This document shows positions 8,096-16,266 of a stretch of 44,406 nt of DNA, piece after piece. Each line of letters begins with the position of its first letter. Position 1 is the stretch's first letter. A program made the translations under genes and the position numbers. The notes under the pieces are model-generated. The model worked only from the letters and a program-made list of their open reading frames with translations, had not been told where the DNA came from and did not search any database. This DNA comes from Patescibacteria group bacterium (lineage in GTDB: Bacteria > Patescibacteriota > Microgenomatia > UBA1400 > PJMF01). The stretch lies in the NCBI GenBank assembly GCA_039714855.1, contig JBDLIL010000002.1, forward strand, positions 1 through 44,406, given 5' to 3'.

Positions 8096-9802
8096 ATGTC
8101 CCATCTTAAAAAAGCATATGTTTTTTTGCTTTTGCTGACAATATTTATTGTATCCAATTGGTCTCTGATTGATTATACAAAATTTTATCGAGGTCACGAT
8201 CCCACCCATTCATCACGCATAGCTGAGATGAGCCGAGCTCTAGAAGATGGGCATTTTCCTGTTCGTTGGACTGAAAATTTTGGATTTGGTTACGGCATGC
8301 CTCTATTTGAATTTTATGCACCATTGCCATTTTATTTGGGATCATTTTTATATTGGCTAAATTTAGATATGTCTTTGGTGATTAATATTTTGTATATGAT
8401 CTCTGGCCTAACTGCTTTGTTGGGAAGCTATAAACTTGCTAGCAAACTTTTTGGCAGTTCAGCAGGCTTGGTTGCTGCAGCTGCTTTTACATTGGCTCCA
8501 TATAGGGCTGTGAACATTTTCGTACGAGGGGCTATGAGTGAAGCTTGGGGGATTATGATAATGCCGTGGATTTTGCTAGAAATAGTCTTAATTTTAGAAA
8601 ATAGAAAAAATAAAAAAGCTTGGATTTTGCTAGTACTCTCTCTATTGGTTATGATGTTGAGTCATAATTTAACAACATTGATGTTCGTGCCAGTTAGCTT
8701 AATATTTGCTGTTTTTTATGCCCTTTACACGGGAGCCATTAATTGGAAAAAAAAGAGACTCGTCAATTCAGTGTTTAAAATTATTAGTGCCTATTTGTTA
8801 TCAATAGGCTTGACTGCCTTTTATCTTTTTCCTGCATTTTTAGAAAAGGATTTCACTAAAATCAGCTCTATCCTGGAGGGATATTTTCACTATTCTCATC
8901 ACTTTTTATATATTAGACAATTTTTAATACCTAGTTGGGGATATGGTGGTAGTGCATGGGGTCCTGATGACGGGATATCTTTTTTCTTGGGCTATGGTCA
9001 GCTATTGGCTCTAATAATTTCTGTTTTAGTTTTGATACAAATATTCGCCAAGAAGATCAGATCTAAAAAAGAAATAGTTAGTTTTTTTAAAAATCACTCT
9101 ATTTACATATTCTTTGGATTAGCTTTTATTTTCTCTCTTTATCTTTCATTATTAAAATCACAATGGATTTGGAACAATCTTCTTCTAATTAATTTTATTC
9201 AATTTCCTTGGAGGTGGTTGACAGTAGCTATCTTATTTTTATCTTTAATAAATGCTTATGCTGTTACCCTAATAAAGAGCAAGGTCAGGCGTTATTTATT
9301 TAGTTTTATTCTTATTTTTGTGTTACTGCTTAATGGTCGATATTTTAGTTTCGACGAGTCTAAAAAAGATTCATGGGAAATTGCTTGTGTGAGTGAGGAA
9401 TGTATTAGGGAAAAAATGAGCCCAATATTGCCCGATTATATCTATATAAATCAAGAACCTGATATTGAGCCAGTAAAAGTGGGGGAAATTACGGATCATG
9501 ATACAGAGATATTAGTTAACAGGGGCCACGAAAAATTATTTAGAGTAAGATCTGAATTTGATGAGAAAATTAATATTAATATTGCTGCTTATCCGGGCTG
9601 GAAAGTGGAAATAGATGGAGAAGGGGTGGATTGGGAAACTCCACTTTGCCAAGGCTTCGGAAACATCATTGTAGAAGTGCCAGCTGGCGATCATCAGGTG
9701 GGAGTTTATTTTGGCTATACTCCAGTTAGATTTTGGAGCGATATTATCAGCTTCTTGAGCTTGTTGATATTCTTATATTTAATTTTAGATATAAAAAAAT
9801 AA
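8096..9802 (+). CDS. Polytopic membrane protein, YfhO / PTPS-related-type GT-C candidate
   Basis: N-terminal loop HDPTHSSRIAEMSRALEDGHFPVRW...GYGMPLFEFYAPLPFY, an internal IQFPWRWL motif and a C-terminal YPGWKVEIDGEGV...VPAGDHQVGVYFGYTP module plus a final transmembrane segment. It is paralogous to 27043-28716. Confidence 0.55.
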   Translation: MSHLKKAYVFLLLLTIFIVSNWSLIDYTKFYRGHDPTHSSRIAEMSRALEDGHFPVRWTENFGFGYGMPLFEFYAPLPFYLGSFLYWLNLDMSLVINILYMISGLTALLGSYKLASKLFGSSAGLVAAAAFTLAPYRAVNIFVRGAMSEAWGIMIMPWILLEIVLILENRKNKKAWILLVLSLLVMMLSHNLTTLMFVPVSLIFAVFYALYTGAINWKKKRLVNSVFKIISAYLLSIGLTAFYLFPAFLEKDFTKISSILEGYFHYSHHFLYIRQFLIPSWGYGGSAWGPDDGISFFLGYGQLLALIISVLVLIQIFAKKIRSKKEIVSFFKNHSIYIFFGLAFIFSLYLSLLKSQWIWNNLLLINFIQFPWRWLTVAILFLSLINAYAVTLIKSKVRRYLFSFILIFVLLLNGRYFSFDESKKDSWEIACVSEECIREKMSPILPDYIYINQEPDIEPVKVGEITDHDTEILVNRGHEKLFRVRSEFDEKININIAAYPGWKVEIDGEGVDWETPLCQGFGNIIVEVPAGDHQVGVYFGYTPVRFWSDIISFLSLLIFLYLILDIKK

Positions 9803-9805
9803 ATC

Positions 9806-11314
9806 ATGATAAATAAGACAGCCATAGATACCAATCCAGACAGTGATGAGGTTTTGCCCACTATCGAAACAGGTATGGGTGAAATTGAAGCCAAAAGGTT
9901 TAAAAAGAAGTCTGTTTCTGGTGCTATTTCTTATACCCTCAGAAGTTTGATTCTTTATGGCATCAGTATGTTTACTGCTGTTATTTTAGCAGGCTATCTT
10001 AGCGCAGAGGAGTTTGGTGTTTACGGCATAGTTACCCAAATAGTGGCTTTATTGCAATTTTTCTCTGACATTGGTTTGGGATACGCACTAATTCAGCAAA
10101 AAAATAAGCCAAGCTTAAAGGAATATAGAACGGTCTTTACTATTCAACAAATTTTAGCGTTATTAATATTTTTGACGACTGTTTTCATTGCCATGAGTGG
10201 TGTTATGCAAGAAAAGGTGGGAATTGCCGGTGTTTGGGTTCTGCTAGCCTTAGGAGCTTCATTTCCACTTAGTTCATTAAAGGTTATTCCGGCCATTATC
10301 TTAGAGAGAGATCTTAACTTTTCCAAGTTGATAATTCCTAATGTTTTTGAACAACTTGTTTACAATGCCATTTTGATTTATATGGTTATTAATGGCAAAG
10401 GTGTGTTTTCTTATGCATACGCTGTAATTGTCAGAAGCATAGTGGGGGTGATTGTCATGTATCTGGTTCAATCGTGGAAGATCGGCTTAGCATTAAATTT
10501 CAAAATTATTAAAAAAACATTGGGTACAGCTTTGCAATTTCAGGCCACTGACTTTTTAGCCAGAATTAAAGATCAGTTATTTTACCTAGTATTGGGTTGG
10601 TGGTTGCCACTGAATCAGTTTGGCTATATTACTTGGTCAAAATCTTGGTCGCAGATGCCGTATATGTTGACAGTGCAAAATGTGGTGGCTATTACTTTCC
10701 CAGCTTTTTCACGGCTTCAACATGATAAAAAACGTTTAGCAAAAGCCATAGAAAAATCATTATTTTTTATTACGCTTTTAATATTCCCCATGTTGGTGGG
10801 CATGAGTGTTTTTATTATTCCTTTAACACAAATTTTTGAGCGTTACCAAAAGTGGCAGCCAGCTTTGATTACTTTTATATTTTTTACTCTCAGTATTGCT
10901 TGGTCGGCTGTCTCCACTCCACTAACTAACACTTTAGCTGCCATAGGTAAAATCAGTATTACTCTTAGGCTAATGATAATGTGGACTAGCTTAACTTGGA
11001 TAATTACGCCAATATTATTGTGGAAATTTGGTTTTAATGCGGTGGCCTTTTCAGCCTTTTTAATCTCTTTTACGTCAATATTGCCAGTGTATCTTACAAA
11101 AAAATATGTCAAGTTTAACGCCTGGGATAATGTTTGGAGACAATTATTAGCAGCAATAATAATGGGGGTTGTGGGTGTATTGGGTTTGCAATACTGGGGT
11201 CAAAGTTTTACTAAAATGCTTATCGGTATACTAATAGTTGGTTTTTCATACTTGCTAATCTTAGCGCTAATCGCTAGAAAGAAAATTATTTTAGAACTAA
11301 AAAGCCTCCGCTAG
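9806..11314 (+). CDS. Wzx-type oligosaccharide/polysaccharide flippase (MOP superfamily)
   Basis: About 12-14 transmembrane segments. The N-terminal KKSVSGAISYTLRSL...LSAEEFGVYGIV...FSDIGLGYALIQ motif is typical of polysaccharide biosynthesis (Wzx) proteins. Confidence 0.75.
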   Translation: MINKTAIDTNPDSDEVLPTIETGMGEIEAKRFKKKSVSGAISYTLRSLILYGISMFTAVILAGYLSAEEFGVYGIVTQIVALLQFFSDIGLGYALIQQKNKPSLKEYRTVFTIQQILALLIFLTTVFIAMSGVMQEKVGIAGVWVLLALGASFPLSSLKVIPAIILERDLNFSKLIIPNVFEQLVYNAILIYMVINGKGVFSYAYAVIVRSIVGVIVMYLVQSWKIGLALNFKIIKKTLGTALQFQATDFLARIKDQLFYLVLGWWLPLNQFGYITWSKSWSQMPYMLTVQNVVAITFPAFSRLQHDKKRLAKAIEKSLFFITLLIFPMLVGMSVFIIPLTQIFERYQKWQPALITFIFFTLSIAWSAVSTPLTNTLAAIGKISITLRLMIMWTSLTWIITPILLWKFGFNAVAFSAFLISFTSILPVYLTKKYVKFNAWDNVWRQLLAAIIMGVVGVLGLQYWGQSFTKMLIGILIVGFSYLLILALIARKKIILELKSLR

Positions 11315-11324
11315 GGAGGCTTTT
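11300..11324. terminator. Bidirectional rho-independent terminator between convergent genes
   Basis: AAAAGCCTCC (11300-11309), loop GCTAG, GGAGGCTTTT (11315-11324). This gives a perfect 10-bp stem with T-runs on both strands. The TAG stop of the flippase gene lies in the loop. Confidence 0.6.
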
Positions 11325-11338
11325 AAAATTAATTTTAG

Positions 11339-11842
11339 CTATTTGCTTTTATCACCAGTTTTTTTAGACTCTCTTGCTTCGTGCAACATCTCGGACATTA
11401 TATTATTAATAAGTGCTTCAACATTCATATCATTAGGAGTTTGTATACCAAGAGGTTCTGAAAGGCTGTCTTTTACTAAAGAAATAAATTCTTCTTTTTC
11501 TGCAACCGTACTTCCCGTATACTCAGATATTTGAATCATTTTTCTAATCATTTCTGAAAGTGCATCGTTTGCAATTTTATTGAAGTTTTCTTCTTCCATT
11601 TGCTCAATAATTTCCTCTTTTAAAGAATTGACACAATTAAGCACATCAATAACCTCCCTATTTAAGTCAAGCCTGTTCATGGCTTCATTATCAGCTAGAA
11701 TATCTTTTGCTTGTTCGTGGGTAAATTCCCAGCTTAGTAGTGCCTGGACAATCTGAGAAATTGCAATATTTTGATTTTCGACTGTTGTATAAAAAGCTTT
11801 GTGCGCATCAATTTTAGACAAATCATGAGTTTCCTTTGGCAT
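11339..11842 (-). CDS. Hypothetical acidic, predicted all-helical cytoplasmic protein (no recognised family)
   Basis: ORF with an ATG at 11842 (MPKETHDLSK...). The TTG-initiated extension in the track (to 11923) runs through a promoter-like element and is rejected. There is no transmembrane segment and no motif I recognise. Confidence 0.5.
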   Translation of the reverse strand: MPKETHDLSKIDAHKAFYTTVENQNIAISQIVQALLSWEFTHEQAKDILADNEAMNRLDLNREVIDVLNCVNSLKEEIIEQMEEENFNKIANDALSEMIRKMIQISEYTGSTVAEKEEFISLVKDSLSEPLGIQTPNDMNVEALINNIMSEMLHEARESKKTGDKSK

Positions 11843-11883
11843 ATATTTCTTTCTGATAGGTATAAATAATATGTAATGATGCT

Positions 11884-11913
11884 GATTTTCTCTGTCTTTT
11901 GAGTTTTTGTCAA
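11884..11913 (-). promoter_or_regulatory. Promoter-like element TTGACA-N17-GAAAAT upstream of 11339-11842
   Basis: The minus strand reads TTGACAAAAACTCAAAAGACAGAGAAAATC, which matches the element at 12413-12442 at 28 of 30 positions. Confidence 0.4.
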
Positions 11914-11944
11914 GCTGGCGCAAAGACCTTTCGGCAGAAAAAGC

Positions 11945-12367
11945 TTAATTGGTATTAGGAGAGTATAGTTTATAATCTATTAAATTTCCCATTGCCACTA
12001 TAATAAAATCACAAATGAATTGATCCATTAATTCAGAATTTTCTACCAAAGATGCTTTTAGGTTTTCATTATTGCTGTACAAGATGAGTGATTGTACTAC
12101 CACTTCAATTTCTTTAATAAGAATCAGGACAAAAGGATATTCATTGCTTATTAATTCGCGATCAAAAAAGCATTCGATTAATGACTTAGTAGATCTTCGA
12201 AGAAAAATCTCAACGTACATTGTGTATTCACTACCCACGTTAAGCCCGTGTGCAAAAAGTAAAAAGATCTCAAGGGCATCAACTGAATTTTGGATATTAT
12301 CTGAATTCAAGTTCTGATATTCTGCTGCCAGTTGCTTTGGTGTTTTTGGACGGGAATAAATATCCAC
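11945..12367 (-). CDS. Hypothetical protein (no recognised family); start uncertain
   Basis: The ORF is open to a TTG at 12460, but that part overlaps the duplicated promoter-like element. The first plausible start downstream of it is GTG at 12367, and the first ATG is much further in (MYVEIF...). The stop is at 11945-11947. Confidence 0.35.
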   Translation of the reverse strand: MDIYSRPKTPKQLAAEYQNLNSDNIQNSVDALEIFLLFAHGLNVGSEYTMYVEIFLRRSTKSLIECFFDRELISNEYPFVLILIKEIEVVVQSLILYSNNENLKASLVENSELMDQFICDFIIVAMGNLIDYKLYSPNTN

Positions 12368-12412
12368 AACAGTGTTTTTTGTAAATATAAGTAGCAAATA
12401 AGTAATTAATGA

Positions 12413-12442
12413 GATTTTCTCTGTTTTTTGAATTTTTGTCAA
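12413..12442 (-). promoter_or_regulatory. Promoter-like element TTGACA-N17-GAAAAT upstream of 11945-12367
   Basis: The minus strand reads TTGACAAAAATTCAAAAAACAGAGAAAATC, a paralogue of the element at 11884-11913. Confidence 0.4.
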
Positions 12443-12463
12443 TATCTTTAGCAACAGCAAAAA

Positions 12464-12472
12464 TGATAAAAT
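12464..12472 (+). promoter_or_regulatory. Extended -10 (TGaTAAAAT) placed 6 nt before the ATG at 12479 (possible leaderless transcript)
   Basis: TGn plus TAAAAT (12467-12472), then the spacer gttagc, then ATG. No Shine-Dalgarno sequence. Confidence 0.3.
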
Positions 12473-12478
12473 GTTAGC

Positions 12479-13384
12479 ATGAAACTATCCGTCGTTATCA
12501 ATACCAAAAACGCCGCTAAAACTTTAGAAAAAACTCTGAAATCTGTCTCAGACTTTGCAGATGAAGTAGTGGTGGTTGACATGGAAAGCAGTGACAAAAC
12601 TTTAAAAATAGCCAAAAAATACAAAGCTAGAATTTTTAAACACAAGGATCTAGGTTACGTAGAGCCGGCTCGCAACTTCGCTATTTCCAAAGCTAAGGGT
12701 AGTTGGATTTTTATTTTAGATGCAGATGAAGAATTGGATGACGAAATAAAGCGAGTAGCCAAGTCAATAGTGAGTGACGAGGTAGGAGAAGCTTTTAAGG
12801 CAGACTGTTACTATATTCCTAGAAAAAATTTAATTTTTAACAAGTGGATTAAGCATACAGGTTGGTGGCCTGATTATCAGCTTAGATTTTTTAAAAAAGG
12901 CCATGTAGAATGGCTGGACGAAATTCATTCTTTTCCTATTACTCAGGGAGTTGTTAAACAATTGCCAGCTAAAGAAGAGTTAGCCATTTTGCACCACAAC
13001 TACGAAGCCGTATCAGATTTTATTACTAGATTGAATAGATATTCAGAAATTCAGGCTAAAGAAATAATAAAGTCTGATGGGGCTAAGCATGACATTTTTG
13101 ATAGTTTTAGTGGAGAGTTTTTAAGTAGGCTTTTTGCCCAAGACGGCATCAGAGATGGAGCTCATGGGTTATCTCTTAGCTTATTGCAAGCCATGAATGA
13201 AGCCGTGATTCAGATGAAGGTGGGTTTCGAAAAGAAAGAAGATGATTTTGATAGTAGAAACTTAATTTTTTCACTCAGAAAATTTCAAAAAGATCTAAAT
13301 TATTGGCTTGCTGACTATGAGCTGTTACATTCTTCAGGATTTAAAAAAATTTATTGGCGACTGCGACGAAAGCTCAAATTGTAA
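12479..13384 (+). CDS. GT2 glycosyltransferase, WaaE/KdtX-like subfamily
   Basis: LSVVINTKNAAKTLEKTL, VVVDMESSDKT, RNFAISKAKGSWIFILDADEEL and WWPDYQLRFF motifs. It is paralogous to 14339-15160 and 25181-25993. Confidence 0.75.
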   Translation: MKLSVVINTKNAAKTLEKTLKSVSDFADEVVVVDMESSDKTLKIAKKYKARIFKHKDLGYVEPARNFAISKAKGSWIFILDADEELDDEIKRVAKSIVSDEVGEAFKADCYYIPRKNLIFNKWIKHTGWWPDYQLRFFKKGHVEWLDEIHSFPITQGVVKQLPAKEELAILHHNYEAVSDFITRLNRYSEIQAKEIIKSDGAKHDIFDSFSGEFLSRLFAQDGIRDGAHGLSLSLLQAMNEAVIQMKVGFEKKEDDFDSRNLIFSLRKFQKDLNYWLADYELLHSSGFKKIYWRLRRKLKL

Positions 13385-13415
13385 ATTCTGGATTCTTGAT
13401 TTTTGATTCATCATT

Positions 13416-13421
13416 TATAAT
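13416..13421 (+). promoter_or_regulatory. -10 consensus TATAAT placed 6 nt before the ATG at 13428 (possible leaderless transcript)
   Basis: TATAAT, then the spacer aagttt, then ATG. No Shine-Dalgarno sequence. It lies in a 43-nt intergenic gap. Confidence 0.3.
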
Positions 13422-13427
13422 AAGTTT

Positions 13428-14342
13428 ATGGATCATGTTGTTATCGTTATAGTTCACTACAATTCCCAGAAAGACAGCTTAGATTGTTTGGAATCACTAA
13501 GAGACATTAAAACTCCAGATTTTAAATCTAGCATTGTGTTAATTGATAATGGATCTTTAAAAAATTTTATTCTTCCCAAAGCATATAAAAATAACAATGT
13601 CGAATTGATTCGCAGTGAATCAAACTTGGGTTTTACAGGCGGCAATAATTTAGGTATCACCTATGCTAGGGAAAAATTTGACCCCGATTATTTTCTACTT
13701 TTGAACAACGACACCAGAGTGGATACAGATTTTTTAAATCAACTTTACAAAAGAGCAAAAAGAGAAAAGTCTTCTTGCTTGATTTGTCCCAAAATTTATT
13801 TCGAAAAGGGTTATGAGTATCACGCTATGAGCTATTCTCCTCGTGAGAGGGGTAAGGTTTTTTGGTATGCTGGTGGTAGTATTGATTGGCCTAATTTGAC
13901 TGCACACCACAGGGGTGTTGATGAAATTGACAGGGGTCATTTCGATAACCAAAAATTAAGTGATTTTTGTACTGGCTGTTGTTTATTAATTCCTCGTAGA
14001 GCCATAGAAACAGTAGGTCTATTGGACAAAAGTTATTTTTTATATTTGGAAGATGTTGACTATAGCTTGAGAGCAAAAGAAGCTGGTTTTAAGCTGTGCT
14101 TTGAGCCCAAATCAATTATTTGGCACAAAAACGCTGGTTCTAGCGGTGGTGCTGGCTCTGGTATCTCAGTTTATTATCAGAGTAGAAATAGATTGTTTTT
14201 CGCAATAAAGCACGGATCACTCAAAACAAAATTTACAGCATTGAGAATTTTGTTGCAGAATTTAATTTCCAAAAACAAATATGAGCGAAAAGCCTCTTTT
14301 GACCTTATTTTTGCTAGAATGGGGAAGCAGCCAATAATATGA
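13428..14342 (+). CDS. GT2 glycosyltransferase, rhamnosyltransferase (WbbL)-like
   Basis: VIVIVHYNS, LIDNGS, NLGFTGGNNLG, LLLNNDT, CTGCCLLIPR and YLEDVDYSLRA motifs. Confidence 0.7.
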   Translation: MDHVVIVIVHYNSQKDSLDCLESLRDIKTPDFKSSIVLIDNGSLKNFILPKAYKNNNVELIRSESNLGFTGGNNLGITYAREKFDPDYFLLLNNDTRVDTDFLNQLYKRAKREKSSCLICPKIYFEKGYEYHAMSYSPRERGKVFWYAGGSIDWPNLTAHHRGVDEIDRGHFDNQKLSDFCTGCCLLIPRRAIETVGLLDKSYFLYLEDVDYSLRAKEAGFKLCFEPKSIIWHKNAGSSGGAGSGISVYYQSRNRLFFAIKHGSLKTKFTALRILLQNLISKNKYERKASFDLIFARMGKQPII

Positions 14343-15160
14343 AAAAAAGTCCCAGCATTTCCGCAATTATTATTGCCAAAAATGAAGAATCAATGATTGC
14401 TAACTGCATTGACACAGTTGCTTGGTGTGATGAAGTTTTATTAATAAACAATAATTCCACCGATGGCACTACTCAGCTTGCCAGAAATATGGGGGTCAGA
14501 GTAGTAGATTTTCACTCAGATAGTTTTGCAAAGATAAGAACAGAAGCTTTGCTCAAGGCTAAGACAGATTGGATCTTTTATATTGACGCTGATGAAAGAG
14601 TGACTCCAAAACTAAGTCAGGAAATCTTAGTAAATATAGAAACTGCCGAAGTTCCAGTTTTAAAAATTAAGCGTAAAAATATGATGTATGGTAAATACTT
14701 CAATCATGGAGGTTGGCAAAATGACTGGATAGAGAGAGTATTTTTGCGCAGCAGTTTAACTGGATGGAAGGGTGTTGTTCATGAAAGTCCTCTATATAAA
14801 GGGGAAGTTAAAAAACTACATCATGAATTGATCCATTTAACCCACCGTAACACTCAATCAAATTTTATTAAATCTGCTCAGTGGACTAAAAAAGAAGCAA
14901 AGTTACTTTTTAAAGCTAAGACTAAAAAAGTTACCTTAGTGACCTTGTTTAGAAAAAGCACAATGGAATTTCTTAGGAGGACAATTATTTTTGGTGCTAG
15001 AAAAGATGGAATGGAGGGTTTGATAGAATCCCTAGTTCAGGGCATGAATAAATTTTTAGTTTATCTTCAGCTTTGGGAATTACAACAGAAACCCAGTTTA
15101 GAAGAAAAATATACTGCTGAAGAAAAAAGAATTGCTAATTTGTGGAAAAAAACAAAATGA
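14339..15160 (+). CDS. GT2 glycosyltransferase, WaaE/KdtX-like subfamily
   Basis: ATGA overlap upstream. Motifs ISAIIIAKNEE, LLINNNSTDGT and KTDWIFYIDADERV. Confidence 0.72.
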   Translation: MKKSPSISAIIIAKNEESMIANCIDTVAWCDEVLLINNNSTDGTTQLARNMGVRVVDFHSDSFAKIRTEALLKAKTDWIFYIDADERVTPKLSQEILVNIETAEVPVLKIKRKNMMYGKYFNHGGWQNDWIERVFLRSSLTGWKGVVHESPLYKGEVKKLHHELIHLTHRNTQSNFIKSAQWTKKEAKLLFKAKTKKVTLVTLFRKSTMEFLRRTIIFGARKDGMEGLIESLVQGMNKFLVYLQLWELQQKPSLEEKYTAEEKRIANLWKKTK

Positions 15161-16266
15161 AGATTCTTGTATATTCACCTTACATGGGCAAGCATTTTGG
15201 AGGAGGGGAAAAATACCTACTTGATTGTGTAAGTATTTTAAAAAAGCAACATCGGGTTTTTATTGGTGTTTCAGAATTCAAAAGTCAAAAAAAGAAAAAA
15301 GAAAGAAAATCAATTAAAGAAAAATATGAAAAGTTTTTTGATATAAATTTGGATAAAGTTAAATTTATAAATTCTCCCCTATTTACCCAAAAATCATTTT
15401 TTGAAAAACTTTATTGGACCAAACAATTTGACCTAATTATTTATGAAACAGATGGGAGTTTATTTTTTAGTTTGGCGAAAAAAAACATTCTTCATATTCA
15501 AACCCCACTAATACTGAATAAATCCACATTTTTAGAAAAATTAAAATTAAAAAATTGGCAAATTAAGAACAGTAATTCAGAGTTTACCAAGCAAGTAATT
15601 GAAAAATACTGGAAGACAAAAGTTGATTTGCTTCATTATCCGATGGTTGATATTAAGAAAACAAAAAACTGGGAGATTGGAAAGAAAAAAATAATTCTCA
15701 ACGTGGGTAGATTTTTTTCTCACCAGCATAGTAAAAGACAGGATATTTTGGTAAAAATCTTTAAAGATTTAAACAAAAAATATTCAGCGGAAATGAAAGG
15801 ATGGAGACTGATTTTAATAGGTACAGTTGAAGATAGGGCATATGCCAGGAAAGTTGAAAAACTAGCAGAGGGGTCAAATGTTAAGATAATTCATCAGGCA
15901 AGTCGCAGGGAAATTATTAACTGGTATCAAAAAGCAAGTATTTACTGGCATGCCACAGGCTTTGATGTTGACCAAGAAAAATTTCCAGAAAAAGTAGAAC
16001 ATTTTGGCATCAGTACAGTTGAAGCTATGAGCTCTGCTTGTGTGCCTATAGTAATTAATAAAGGTGGTCAGCCAGAGGTTTTAGGCTCTGAACTTGAGCA
16101 CTTACTGTGGTCTGATAGCAAAACTTGTGTTGAAAAAACAATTGATCAGATCCAAAATCCAAAAACTAGGATTCAGAATGCAAAGTTAGCTCTAAAAAGA
16201 GCAGAAAAATTTAGCAAAAATGAGTTTGAAAAAAAATTGATGAATATGATAAAGAAGAAAGTATGA
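15157..16266 (+). CDS. GT4 (GT-B fold) glycosyltransferase
   Basis: I prefer the ATG at 15157 (ATGA overlap with the upstream stop) over the GTG at 15142. MKILVYSPY N-terminus and the E-x7-E region EHFGISTVEAMSSACVPIV. Confidence 0.75.
   Translation: MKILVYSPYMGKHFGGGEKYLLDCVSILKKQHRVFIGVSEFKSQKKKKERKSIKEKYEKFFDINLDKVKFINSPLFTQKSFFEKLYWTKQFDLIIYETDGSLFFSLAKKNILHIQTPLILNKSTFLEKLKLKNWQIKNSNSEFTKQVIEKYWKTKVDLLHYPMVDIKKTKNWEIGKKKIILNVGRFFSHQHSKRQDILVKIFKDLNKKYSAEMKGWRLILIGTVEDRAYARKVEKLAEGSNVKIIHQASRREIINWYQKASIYWHATGFDVDQEKFPEKVEHFGISTVEAMSSACVPIVINKGGQPEVLGSELEHLLWSDSKTCVEKTIDQIQNPKTRIQNAKLALKRAEKFSKNEFEKKLMNMIKKKV

Noticed and set aside
11843-11923. TTG-initiated N-terminal extension of the 11339-11923 ORF, and likewise 12368-12460 for the neighbouring ORF.
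   Set aside because: Both extensions translate straight through the duplicated TTGACA-N17-GAAAAT element. The conserved DNA with a promoter-like layout is better explained as non-coding. An ATG (11842) or GTG (12367) lies downstream.
11339-12367. Interpreting the two orphan genes as a toxin-antitoxin or defence module.
   Set aside because: No nuclease, kinase, ATPase, HTH or other recognisable domain is visible. The genes have separate promoter-like elements rather than the tight coupling typical of toxin-antitoxin pairs, and the sizes and charges do not fit known pairs. I keep them as unknown function.
12448-12645. A 65-aa minus-strand ORF spanning the divergent region and the start of the GT2 gene.
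   Set aside because: It is antisense to the well-supported GT2 N-terminus (12479 onward), overlaps the promoter-like element, and has a hydrophobic, low-information translation.
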